From: an uncultured Bifidobacteriaceae bacterium
GTDB taxonomy: Bacteria; Actinomycetota; Actinomycetes; S36-B12
Assembly (NCBI GenBank): GCA_964344045.1
Contig: CAYFLP010000002.1
Location: forward strand, 337-31,444
DNA: 31,108 nucleotides
Direction of reading: 5' to 3'
Positions 1 to 8,428 of the stretch are shown one piece after another. Made by a program: the position numbers and the translations under genes. Position 1 is the stretch's first letter, and every line of letters begins with the position of its first letter. Below the pieces are notes generated by a model. The model was given only the letters and a program-made list of their open reading frames with translations. It did not search any database and was not told where the DNA came from.

Positions 1-520
1 GGTCAAGGTCACGGCGGTTGGCCAGGTCGATGATGCGTCCGGGAGTGCCGACGACGACGTCGATGCCCTTCTGCAGCGCCTCGATCTGGGGCTCATAGGC
101 GCGGCCGCCGTAGACGGCGAGCACCTTGACGCCCTTGATGCGCCCGGCACGCTCGAGGTCGGTGGCAACTTGGAGCCCGAGCTCGCGGGTCGGTGCGATG
201 ACCAGGGCCTGCGGGGCGCTGCGATCGCCGTCGAGGTCGATGCGCTGCAGCAGCGGGATGCCGAAGCCGAGGGTCTTGCCCGTGCCCGTCTTGGCCTGGC
301 CGATGATGTCGCGGCCCTCGAGGGCCATGGACATGCACATTTCCTGGATGGGGAAGGCGTGGGTAATGCCATCGGCGTTCAGCGCCTCGGCAATCTGCGG
401 ATCGGCGCCCAGCTCGACGAAGGTCGGGGCAGAGGTCGGATCTACGGCAGCGGAGGTGCCGGATTCAGCAGTAGTGGTGGCAGCCGTGTCGGCATGCTCG
501 TGATTGTCTTGCGTAGTCAG
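1..520 (-). CDS. DEAD/DEAH-box RNA helicase, N-terminal part (runs off the window edge)
   Basis: Manual translation of the minus strand: TFVELG...GITHAFPIQ (Q motif), GQAKTGTGKT (motif I), PTREL (Ia), YGG, GTPGR (Ib). No in-frame ATG/GTG/TTG between the upstream stop (577-575) and the Q motif. Best start is CTG at 520, with GGGAG 5 nt upstream. Confidence 0.93.
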   Translation of the reverse strand, partial: MTTQDNHEHADTAATTTAESGTSAAVDPTSAPTFVELGADPQIAEALNADGITHAFPIQEMCMSMALEGRDIIGQAKTGTGKTLGFGIPLLQRIDLDGDRSAPQALVIAPTRELGLQVATDLERAGRIKGVKVLAVYGGRAYEPQIEALQKGIDVVVGTPGRIIDLANRRDLD

Positions 521-616
521 GGGAACTCCCGAAGTGGTGCGGGCCGAATGCCAGGCGCCGCGAAGGGTTTCAGTCTACCGGGACGCGGGTGCCCCCTGGC
601 AGATAGCCTGCCGCGC

Positions 617-1312
617 ATGACGCAGAACCCTGGTGACCCGTCCTTCGCCGACGACCCTGAGTACCGGGCCGCACTGGTCGACCTTTTCGGCGTCCTGGCG
701 TACGGCGAGCTCAGCGCCTTCGAGCGCATTGCAGCGGATGCCGCCATGGCGCCCACGATCGCCGACGAGGCGGCACTTGCAGGCATGGCGACCGCGGAGT
801 TCCGGCACTTCCTGGCATTGCGCGAGCGGCTGGTGTCCTTGGGCGCGGATCCCGAGGAGGCGATGGCGCCATTCAAGCGTCCGCTCATGGAGTTCCATGC
901 GCATACCGCCCCCAGTGACTGGCTCGAGGGCCTGGTGAAGGCGTATGTGGGTGATGGCATCGCAACGGACTTCTACCGCGAGATCGGCAACCTCCTCGAT
1001 CCGCAGAGCCGCGAGCTCGTCGTGAGCGTGTGCGATGACCTCGGCCAGTCGGCCTTCGTCGTCGAGCATGTCCGTGCGGGGATCCAGGCGGATCCCCGCG
1101 TGGGCGGGCGCCTGGCCCTGTGGGGACGACGCCTGGTGGGCGAGGCACTGTCGCAGGCCCAGCGGGTAGCGGCCGAACGTGATGCGCTGTCGACGCTCCT
1201 GGTGGGCGGGGTCGACCGGCCCGGCACCGACCTCGCCGAGATGGGCCGCATGCTGGCGCGACTGACGGACAACCACTCCTCCCGCATGGCAGCCCTCGGA
1301 CTCGCCGCCTAG
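617..1312 (+). CDS. Ferritin-like fold protein (MiaE-like, actinobacterial Rv3210c-type)
   Basis: LGVLAYGELSAF-type motif (FGVLAYGELSAFERI), EFRHF, WLEGLVKAYVGDG, RLALWGRRLVGEAL. Conserved divergent position next to the DEAD helicase. ATG 617 lies 7 nt after TAGCCT, consistent with a leaderless start; the ORF-track extension to 170 overlaps the helicase. Confidence 0.88.
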   Translation: MTQNPGDPSFADDPEYRAALVDLFGVLAYGELSAFERIAADAAMAPTIADEAALAGMATAEFRHFLALRERLVSLGADPEEAMAPFKRPLMEFHAHTAPSDWLEGLVKAYVGDGIATDFYREIGNLLDPQSRELVVSVCDDLGQSAFVVEHVRAGIQADPRVGGRLALWGRRLVGEALSQAQRVAAERDALSTLLVGGVDRPGTDLAEMGRMLARLTDNHSSRMAALGLAA

Positions 1313-1371
1313 GAGAGAGCGCGTCGCGCGGCACTTGCCTTTTTTCGAAGGCGCGGGTGACACTGGCAGGC

Positions 1372-2754
1372 ATGCGCCTGAGCAACCGGGGGATTGCCGC
1401 CCTCTCCATGACAGCAGTCACCGCCCTGATCGTCGCTCCCACTGCGATGGCAACGCCGGGCGGGAAGGGGGATCCGAAGGTCACGATCTGCCATCGCACG
1501 AACTCGCTGACCAACCCTTACGTGGTCATCACCGTCGCGCAGTCGTCCGTTGACGGAAGCGGCGCGAACGACAAGGGCCAGGGCGACCACTTCCTCGTGC
1601 ACACCGGTGCCGTGTGGAGCCCGGAGGCGACCAAGGCCGAGGGCTGGGGTGACATCATCCCGCCGATCGACGGCATTCACGGCGGCCTGAACTGGACCAA
1701 CGCCGGCAAGCTCATCTGGGAGAACGGCTGCTCGCCCGTCGTCGTTCCCTCCGCCCTGCAGGGCGATACGGACAAGGACGACATCCCGGATGTGGTCGAC
1801 ACCGATGACGACGGCGACGGCATCGAGGACTCGCACGAGCCAGACCAGCAATCGCACGAGACCGACACCGATAAGGACTCTGTCCCCGACGGACGTGACC
1901 TCGACGACGACAACGACTGCATCGCGGACGCGGTCGACCCGGACATCGACGGCGATTCGATTCCCAATGCCTCCGACCTGGATCGCGACAACGACGGCCT
2001 CGTGGACACTGCCGACTTCGACGACGATGGCGATCTCGTGCCAGACCTGCTCGATGGCGATGGGAACGGGGACGAGAGCGCCGACCCATCGGTCGGTGGC
2101 CGCTCGCGGGCAGTTGCGGTGCGTTCCGTCGCAGCCACCGGGCCCGCTGCTGCCGCAGGCATCAGCGATGGCGTCGCAGCGCTGTGCGGTGCCGGCATTC
2201 CCGAGGTGACCGACCCGACCGACGACACGCCCGGCACCACGGATACGCCCGGCACCACGGATACGCCCGGCACCACGGACACGCCCGAAGCCGACGCGCC
2301 GGCTTCGGATGCGCCCGATGCTGATGCCGACGGCACGCCCGACGTCACCGACAAGGATGACGACAACGATGGCGTCCCCGATACCCGCGACGGCGATGCC
2401 GATGGCGACGGCCAGCCCGAGGTCACCCCGCAGCACCTGACGAAGGCCTTCGACTTCCCCGAGGCGATCGAGCCGGGAGTCCCGACCGTCATCGTCGAGC
2501 GGGCACTGCACACGAATGCCGGGGAACCCGTCGTGGCCACCGCTCGATGCTCGCTTGCCGCCCGCACCGTGGCACGCGGCGACGTGTCTGCGTCGAGCCT
2601 GAGCCGATCGTTGTGCGACGTCTCGAGCACATCGGGACGCCTCACGCTGAAGGTACTGACCCAGGCGCCGACCGTGGTGTCAGTGCACCTCGAGGCCCCG
2701 GCGAGCGGAGCCTTCGAGGCCTGGAGCAGCGACCAGCGCTACGTGGTGCGCTAG
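1372..2754 (+). CDS. Secreted acidic protein: signal peptide, KVTICH-type N-terminal domain, TSP3-like DxDxDG Ca-binding repeats, TDTPGT linker, C-terminal beta-domain
   Basis: N-terminus MRLSNRGIAALSMTAVTALIVAPTAMA. About 10-11 DxDxDxxxDxxD units. GC-rich third positions favour this frame over the antisense ORF. Confidence 0.8.
   Translation: MRLSNRGIAALSMTAVTALIVAPTAMATPGGKGDPKVTICHRTNSLTNPYVVITVAQSSVDGSGANDKGQGDHFLVHTGAVWSPEATKAEGWGDIIPPIDGIHGGLNWTNAGKLIWENGCSPVVVPSALQGDTDKDDIPDVVDTDDDGDGIEDSHEPDQQSHETDTDKDSVPDGRDLDDDNDCIADAVDPDIDGDSIPNASDLDRDNDGLVDTADFDDDGDLVPDLLDGDGNGDESADPSVGGRSRAVAVRSVAATGPAAAAGISDGVAALCGAGIPEVTDPTDDTPGTTDTPGTTDTPGTTDTPEADAPASDAPDADADGTPDVTDKDDDNDGVPDTRDGDADGDGQPEVTPQHLTKAFDFPEAIEPGVPTVIVERALHTNAGEPVVATARCSLAARTVARGDVSASSLSRSLCDVSSTSGRLTLKVLTQAPTVVSVHLEAPASGAFEAWSSDQRYVVR
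2224..2286 (+). repeat. 18-bp in-frame tandem repeat (GAYACGCCCGGCACCACG x3.5) encoding DTPGTT
   Basis: Units start at 2224, 2242 and 2260, with a partial unit at 2278; read directly from the sequence. Confidence 0.95.
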
Positions 2755-2978
2755 CTCGCTGAGCCGAAGCCGACGCGGCCCTTGCTCGGAGCGCCGATCT
2801 CGACGTGCGTGATCTTCGAGCCCGGGACGATCACGGTGCGGCCGCGGTCATCGACCAGCTTCAGCAGTGAGCCGTTGGCGACTGCTGTCTCGACAGCCGA
2901 GGTGATCTCGTCGAGTGAGGAGTCGCTGTCGAGCGTGACCTCACGCGGGCTGTCCTGTACGCCGATCTTGATCTCCAT
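2751..2978 (-). CDS. DUF3107 domain protein
   Basis: MEIKIGVQDSPREVTL...LVDDRGRTVIVP...VEIG...VGFG is typical of the family. SD-like GAGAGGG upstream; -10-like TAGATT at 3017-3012. Confidence 0.92.
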   Translation of the reverse strand: MEIKIGVQDSPREVTLDSDSSLDEITSAVETAVANGSLLKLVDDRGRTVIVPGSKITHVEIGAPSKGRVGFGSAS

Positions 2979-3031
2979 GTCCGCCCTCTCGCGTTCGCCG
3001 GTACAGGCCTGAATCTAGCCTGTGCTGCTCG

Positions 3032-4516
3032 TCAGCGAATCCGCATAGGGGCCGTGGCGGTCATGATGGGCGCGCTTGACCCACGCGGGGTGTAGCTGAC
3101 CACAGCGGTGTACGCCCCAGGCTTCATCGACTTCGAGACCCGCCAGGTGCGCGCAGCCTTGCCCTTCTTCACGATGGCGGTACGGCCCTTGCCGGACACG
3201 ACCTTGCCCGATGGCAGCGCCTTCGTCAGCACGATCGACACCACTCCGCGGCCCGTGGGGCTGATGGCTGCCGTCACGGTCGCCTTCCGGCCCGCCTTGA
3301 CTACCGGCGTCGCAGTGATGGACATCGTGGCGCCCGACGTGCTTGTCGTGCTGCCTGCAGTCGCCACGCCGGAGCCCGACGTCGATCCGGCATTGCTTCC
3401 GGAGCCCGACGCGCTCGCGGTGCCGGACGTGCCGGACGAGTCGCCTGCGGCAGGCGCGCTGCCGCTGCCCGAGTCCGCTGCCGGGTCCGCTGCTGGGTCC
3501 GCTGGAGCCGCGCCTGCCTGCGCATTCGCCTGCCCGGGGGCCGTCACCAGCACTGCTGCCGACCGGTTGTCGAACGTGAACTGCCCAGGCATGCTGGTCG
3601 TCGCGGTGGGCGCCGACGTCAGCGTCGTGTTCGCGACGAGGTACTTGCCTGCTGCGTCGGCAGGCAGGGTTCCTGACAGCCGGCCTTGGGCCGATGCCGC
3701 GGCCAGGCGCGTGCACTTGTTCGCGACGTCCCAGACCAAGGACGTATCCGTTGCGGCCGCCGCCTTCTGGCACAGCCACGCAGTGGTGAGGTTGCTCACC
3801 TGGGCGGTGCCTCCGGGGAGACCTCCCCACGACGTGCCGCGCACATCCCAGGTACCGCCTGCTTGCGGTGCCGCTGTCGTCACCGCGGCCGGTGCCTGCG
3901 TGGTCGCATTGGCGGGCATGACGAGGACGGAGGGGGACGTGTAATACGCCTGGTCGGAGATATGCCCTGCTGCATCGAACGTTTCGACGACCGCCTGCAG
4001 GGCGACCCAGCGCCCGACTAGCGAGTCCGTGAGCCGAATCTTGCTGGTCACGTTCAGGATCGGGACTCCGGAACCGGCCCGCGTCCAAGCATTGTTGAGG
4101 GGGCGTACCCGATTCTCGCCCGGCGAGACCTCGGTCGGCCCGACTGGGTTCGTCTGCGCCACCGAGCAGCCCACCAGGACGCCCGTCGGGATCGGGCTGG
4201 GGCACGAGACCCATGCATATGCTCCGCGGATGGTCAGGCCAGGCGTCGACTCGTAGCCAGACAGGATCGCGAGCAGTTCGGTTCCCGATGAGGCGGCCGC
4301 AGATGCCAGCGTGCCGGCCAGCGAGGTGCCATAGCCCTCCGGTAGCGTGCCCCGGTTCGCCTTCCACGGTGTCTTGACATCGAGCTTGGTGTCAAGTGTC
4401 TGGGAGCTCACGGGCTCTATGGTGGCGAGGGCACCAGGAGCCGTGCCGACAGCAACGGCGGCCAGGACTGCTGTGAGCCCAAGGCTCATGGTCAAGTGGG
4501 GCCGGACGAATCTCAT
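3032..4516 (-). CDS. Secreted/surface protein: two Cys-containing Ig-like repeats, A/S/G-rich linker, basic C-terminal beta-domain
   Basis: Signal peptide (LGLTAVLAAVAVGTAPGALA). Repeats YAWVSC...VGRWVAL and TAWLC...DAAGKYLVA. TAGTCT lies 6 nt before the ATG. Domain interpretation is inference. Confidence 0.75.
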   Translation of the reverse strand: MRFVRPHLTMSLGLTAVLAAVAVGTAPGALATIEPVSSQTLDTKLDVKTPWKANRGTLPEGYGTSLAGTLASAAASSGTELLAILSGYESTPGLTIRGAYAWVSCPSPIPTGVLVGCSVAQTNPVGPTEVSPGENRVRPLNNAWTRAGSGVPILNVTSKIRLTDSLVGRWVALQAVVETFDAAGHISDQAYYTSPSVLVMPANATTQAPAAVTTAAPQAGGTWDVRGTSWGGLPGGTAQVSNLTTAWLCQKAAAATDTSLVWDVANKCTRLAAASAQGRLSGTLPADAAGKYLVANTTLTSAPTATTSMPGQFTFDNRSAAVLVTAPGQANAQAGAAPADPAADPAADSGSGSAPAAGDSSGTSGTASASGSGSNAGSTSGSGVATAGSTTSTSGATMSITATPVVKAGRKATVTAAISPTGRGVVSIVLTKALPSGKVVSGKGRTAIVKKGKAARTWRVSKSMKPGAYTAVVSYTPRGSSAPIMTATAPMRIR

Positions 4517-4582
4517 GGCGAGAGACTAGGCACCCACGATGCGAGCCGTGAACGATCGTGCGTGATCCGGGGGGCTAGCCCC

Positions 4583-5266
4583 TCATCGGGGCGGGTGCGT
4601 GGCGGGAAAGCCGCGGATCCCGCGCCAGGCAAGCCCGACGAGCAAGTCGATGGCCTGCTGCTGGTCGATGCGGTGCTTCTCCCTGTCACCGGGCACGCCC
4701 GCATGCTCGCTGTCGACGTGCACGCTGTCGACGTGCTCGCTGCGCAGCCAGCGCCGGGCAGCGACCTCGACCATGCCCTGCATCCCGGAGGCGATGAGCA
4801 GCGCCTGCTCCTCGCTGAGCCCAGTGTCCGTGGAGATCACCCGAGCAGCCTCATGAGCGAGTGCTAGATCCGCGGCATCGACCCGTGCCCGCACGTCTGG
4901 ATCGTTCGCGAGGTCGCTCTCGAACACCAGGCGGTAGGCGCCCGTAGGAGAGCAGATGAACGTGAAATAGGCCTGGGCCATGGCACTCACGCGCTGCTTG
5001 TTGTCGGTCGTGCCGCTGAGCTCTGCGCGAGCCGTCGTGAGGAGGTCGTCGAGGCTGGACTCGAGGAGCGCGAGGTAGAGGTCTCGCTTGCTGGCGAAGT
5101 GCTGGTAGAGGACGGGCTTGGTGACCCCCGCCGCGGAGGCGATGGCGTCCATCGACGCCGCGTGGTACCCCTCGGCGACGAATACCTGGAGCGCGGTGTC
5201 GAGCAGTTGCTGCCTGCGCTGCTCGCGCGGAAGTCGAGCGCTTCGCGGGGCCGGCTGCTCGCTCAT
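4583..5266 (-). CDS. TetR/AcrR family transcriptional regulator (Rv3208-like)
   Basis: HTH GYHAASMDAIASAAGVTKPVLYQHFASKRDLY; C-terminal LAWRGIRGFP; conserved neighbour of DUF3107. Confidence 0.95.
   Translation of the reverse strand: MSEQPAPRSARLPREQRRQQLLDTALQVFVAEGYHAASMDAIASAAGVTKPVLYQHFASKRDLYLALLESSLDDLLTTARAELSGTTDNKQRVSAMAQAYFTFICSPTGAYRLVFESDLANDPDVRARVDAADLALAHEAARVISTDTGLSEEQALLIASGMQGMVEVAARRWLRSEHVDSVHVDSEHAGVPGDREKHRIDQQQAIDLLVGLAWRGIRGFPATHPPR
4698..4741 (-). repeat. 15-bp tandem duplication inside tetR encoding SEHVD-SVHVD-SEHAG
   Basis: Plus strand GTCGACGTGCACGCT (4712-4726) and GTCGACGTGCTCGCT (4727-4741), plus a partial copy at 4698-4711. Confidence 0.85.
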
Positions 5267-5316
5267 TGCGTCAGCCTACTTGCGTGCGAGCCACGCCACG
5301 CTCCTACAGTGAGGCC
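5267..5316. promoter_or_regulatory. Back-to-back leaderless promoters of tetR and the hydrolase
   Basis: Minus strand TAGGCT (5278-5273) 6 nt before ATG 5266; plus strand TACAGT (5305-5310) 6 nt before ATG 5317. Confidence 0.7.
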
Positions 5317-6213
5317 ATGACGTTCACTCCGCCCACGCAGCCCTGGCCGCGGGAGGAAGTCCTCATGCCCGGGCGCACGTTGATGGTGCGGCACGCCGTG
5401 TCCACGACTGCGGGCGCACCTGCCGCGCTGTACCTCCACGGCCTCGGCGGCTCCGCCCTCAACTGGACCGATCTCATGGGGCGCTTGCAGCCAGATGTCG
5501 ATGGCTGGGCAGTGGACCTCGGCGGCTTCGGCCAGTCGCCGCCACCCCGTGACGGCGACTTCACTCCGGCCGGACATGCACGTTCGCTCGTCGACCTCAT
5601 CGATGCGCTGGGCATCGCTCCCGTCCATGTCTTCGGCAATTCACTCGGAGGTGCGATCGGACTGCAGCTTGCTGCGCGACGGCCGGACCTCGTCCGCTCC
5701 TTGACGTTGATCTCGCCCGCGCTGCCGTCCTACCGGCCCACCCGGTTCAATGCGCACTTGCCAGTACTGGCTGTGCCGGGAGTGGGGGAGCGGCTCGTCC
5801 CGAAGTACATTGCCGAGAACGATGCGCAGGCGCGCGTGCAGGGCACGGTCGACGTGTGCTTCGCCGACCCTTCCCGGATCTCGCCGGTGCGACATGCCGA
5901 GGCGGTGGCAGAGGTGCAAGGCCGTGATCACCTGCCCTACTCGGCAGACGCGATGCTGCGGTCCTTGCGTGGCCTGCTGGCCACCTACGTCGACCGTGGC
6001 GCGCAGCGTCCGTGGAAGCTGGCCGAGCGCGTGCAATGCCCGACGCTCGTCGTCTACGGCCGCAAGGATCCCCTCGTCGACCCGAAGGCGGCGTTCCGCA
6101 TCACCAAGCACTTCAGCAATGCGCATGTCGTCGTGCTGCCCGATTCCGGGCACGTGGCGCAGATGGAGCACCCGGAATTCGTCGCCGCGGCCTGGGAGCG
6201 CTTCATCCGATAG
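5317..6213 (+). CDS. Alpha/beta fold hydrolase
   Basis: LHGLGGS oxyanion motif, GNSLG nucleophile elbow, catalytic Asp (KDPLV) and His (SGHVAQ). Confidence 0.95.
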   Translation: MTFTPPTQPWPREEVLMPGRTLMVRHAVSTTAGAPAALYLHGLGGSALNWTDLMGRLQPDVDGWAVDLGGFGQSPPPRDGDFTPAGHARSLVDLIDALGIAPVHVFGNSLGGAIGLQLAARRPDLVRSLTLISPALPSYRPTRFNAHLPVLAVPGVGERLVPKYIAENDAQARVQGTVDVCFADPSRISPVRHAEAVAEVQGRDHLPYSADAMLRSLRGLLATYVDRGAQRPWKLAERVQCPTLVVYGRKDPLVDPKAAFRITKHFSNAHVVVLPDSGHVAQMEHPEFVAAAWERFIR

Positions 6214-6242
6214 CCGGGCGAGCCGGCATGCGCAACTCGCAT

Positions 6243-6268
6243 GTCCACAGGCAGCAGGTCGTCCACAG
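6243..6268 (+). promoter_or_regulatory. Direct repeat GTCCACAG x2 (DnaA-box-like) upstream of the tad operon
   Basis: GTCCACAG at 6243-6250 and 6261-6268. The 9-mers ATGTCCACA and TCGTCCACA each differ by one base from TTGTCCACA. Function is inferred. Confidence 0.55.
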
Positions 6269-6320
6269 CCCTGCCAATGACCACTGGCCGCTGCGCTGAT
6301 GCCCGCTTAGCGTCGTGGGC

Positions 6321-7553
6321 ATGTCCATTGCTGCCGCGCTTGCCGACGAGCATCTCGACGTCGCCGAGGAGTTCGCGCGCGAACGCATCCGCTCGACGGG
6401 CATCGACCCGATGCGCGATCCGCAGGCAGCGCGCCAGATCGTGCACGAGGCCGTGCACGTGGTTCTCGGGGATGACACCGCAGGCAGTTCAGAGGCGGAC
6501 GAGCTCATCGCACGAGTGCACGCGAGTGTCGCGGGATACGGGCCGATCCAGGAGCTGATGGACGATCCCGAGGTCGAGGAGATCTGGATCAATCAGCCTG
6601 GGCGTGTCTTCGCGGCCCGGCAGGGACGCAGCGAGCTCACGACAGTTGTCATGGAGCCCGTGCAGGTGCGCGAGCTCGTCGAGCGCATGCTCCGGCTCTC
6701 CGGGCGCCGCATCGATGTCTCGAACCCCTTCGTCGACGCCGTGCTGCCCGACGGGAGCCGGTTGCACGTGGTCATCCCGGACATCACGCGCCAGCACTGG
6801 GCGGTGAACATTCGTCGCTTCGTCGTCCGGGCCCGGCATCTCGACGACCTGATCGCGCGCGGAACGCTCACGGTCGAGGCCGGGGCCTTCCTGGATGCGG
6901 CTGTGGTCAGCGGGCTCAACATCGTCGTCGCGGGCGGCACCCAGGCAGGAAAGACCACCATGCTCGGCGCGCTTCTCGGGTGCGTGCCGGCGCGTGAACG
7001 GATCGTGTCATGCGAAGAGGTCTTCGAATTGCGTGCCGATCATCCGGACTGGGTGGGCATGCAGACACGCGATGCCAGCCTCGAAGGAACGGGAGAGGTC
7101 CCGCTGAGGCGGCTGGTGCGAGAGGCCCTGCGCATGCGCCCCACTCGCCTGGTGGTGGGGGAGGTCCGCCAAGGCGAGGCCCTCGACCTGCTCGTGGCCA
7201 TGAACAGTGGCATGCCTTCCATGGCGACGCTCCATGCGAACAGTGCGCGGGAGGCGATCACGAAGCTGTGCACCCTCCCGCTCATTGCCGGCCCGAATAT
7301 CGCTGCCGACTTCGTGGTCCCGACGGTCGCGGCAGCAGTCGACCTCGTGGTGCACCTGCGCACGGACATCGCCGGGCACCGCGTCGTCACGGAAGTCTCC
7401 GGTGTCAGCGGGCGCGTCGAGTCCGGCGTGGTCGAGCTCTCTGAGCTGTTCGTCGATCGAGGTCGCGGCCTTGTCCGCGGGCGAGGCACTGCCCCCTGCG
7501 ATGACCGCTTCACCCAGCACGGCTACGACCTCGCACGCTTGCTGGCCGCGTGA
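6321..7553 (+). CDS. tadA: TadA/CpaF pilus assembly ATPase
   Basis: Walker A GGTQAGKTT, Walker B LVVGEVR, MRPTR, TLHANS, GYGPIQELMDDPEVEEIWIN. TAGCGT (6308-6313) is 7 nt before ATG 6321; GTG 6315 is an alternative start. Confidence 0.95.
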   Translation: MSIAAALADEHLDVAEEFARERIRSTGIDPMRDPQAARQIVHEAVHVVLGDDTAGSSEADELIARVHASVAGYGPIQELMDDPEVEEIWINQPGRVFAARQGRSELTTVVMEPVQVRELVERMLRLSGRRIDVSNPFVDAVLPDGSRLHVVIPDITRQHWAVNIRRFVVRARHLDDLIARGTLTVEAGAFLDAAVVSGLNIVVAGGTQAGKTTMLGALLGCVPARERIVSCEEVFELRADHPDWVGMQTRDASLEGTGEVPLRRLVREALRMRPTRLVVGEVRQGEALDLLVAMNSGMPSMATLHANSAREAITKLCTLPLIAGPNIAADFVVPTVAAAVDLVVHLRTDIAGHRVVTEVSGVSGRVESGVVELSELFVDRGRGLVRGRGTAPCDDRFTQHGYDLARLLAA

Positions 7554-8428
7554 TGCCGCCGACGTCGATGGCAGTCGCAGGCGCCCTCCTCGGCCTGTTA
7601 GCTGCTCTCGGCCTGCTGCTAATGCTCACGGCACTGCGTGCTCCATCAGGGTCTGGCGGCAGTGCCAGGAAGTCGCGGCTCGCAGCCTTGGTGCAGGCCT
7701 CCGGGGTCGCGCGGCTGACCCCCGCGGGCGTCGTGTCGGCGTGCCTGCTCACGGCAGCCGCATGCGGCCTGTGCGCCCTCCTGGTAACCGCGGTGCCGAT
7801 GGTGGCCTGCCTCGCGGCGGCAGTCGGTGCGGCCGCTCCAGTGGTGATGCTCGGCCGGCGTGCTGGCCAGCGCACGCGTGCCATGACCGCGAGCTGGCCG
7901 GATGCGGTGGACGCACTCGTGTCCGGGGTGCGCGCGGGGCTGTCACTAGCGCAGGCACTGTCGGACCTCGGGTGCCGAGGTCCGCAGGTACTGCGCGCGC
8001 CGTTCACTGCGTTCGAGGCGGACATGCGCGTATCGGGCTCCCTGCCCGACTCGATGGATGCCCTCCAGGCCCGGCTGGCCGACCCCGTCGCAGACCGGGT
8101 ACTCACCGCGCTGCGCGTGGCCCACGAAGTCGGCGGCACCGATCTCGGGGTCGTGCTGCGAACGCTCAGCAGCATGCTTCGCGAGGAGCAGCGCCTGCGG
8201 GGAGAGATCGAGGCCCGGCAGAGCTGGACCGTCAACGCGGCACGGCTGGCAGTGGCTGCGCCCTGGGCGACGTTGGCCTTCTTGTGCACCCGGCCGGAGG
8301 CCGTGGCCGCCTATTCGTCGCCGACCGGGGGCCTCATCCTTGCCAGCGCTGCGGCGATGAGCGTGCTTGCCTACCTGCTCATGCGTCGCATCGCCCGGCT
8401 GCCGCGCGAGGCGAGGCTGGGCTCATGA
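7553..8428 (+). CDS. tadB: TadB (type II secretion system F family) membrane protein
   Basis: WPDAVDALVSGVRAGLSL, GGTDLGVVLRTL, EIEARQSWTVNAARLAVAAPW; TGATG overlap with tadA. Confidence 0.9.
   Translation: MPPTSMAVAGALLGLLAALGLLLMLTALRAPSGSGGSARKSRLAALVQASGVARLTPAGVVSACLLTAAACGLCALLVTAVPMVACLAAAVGAAAPVVMLGRRAGQRTRAMTASWPDAVDALVSGVRAGLSLAQALSDLGCRGPQVLRAPFTAFEADMRVSGSLPDSMDALQARLADPVADRVLTALRVAHEVGGTDLGVVLRTLSSMLREEQRLRGEIEARQSWTVNAARLAVAAPWATLAFLCTRPEAVAAYSSPTGGLILASAAAMSVLAYLLMRRIARLPREARLGS

Noticed and set aside
2224-2286. 18-bp repeats (and the 21-bp palindromic pair at 9293-9343) as a CRISPR array
   Set aside because: There are no unique spacers of proper length, only 2-3.5 units, and no cas genes; the first is in-frame coding.
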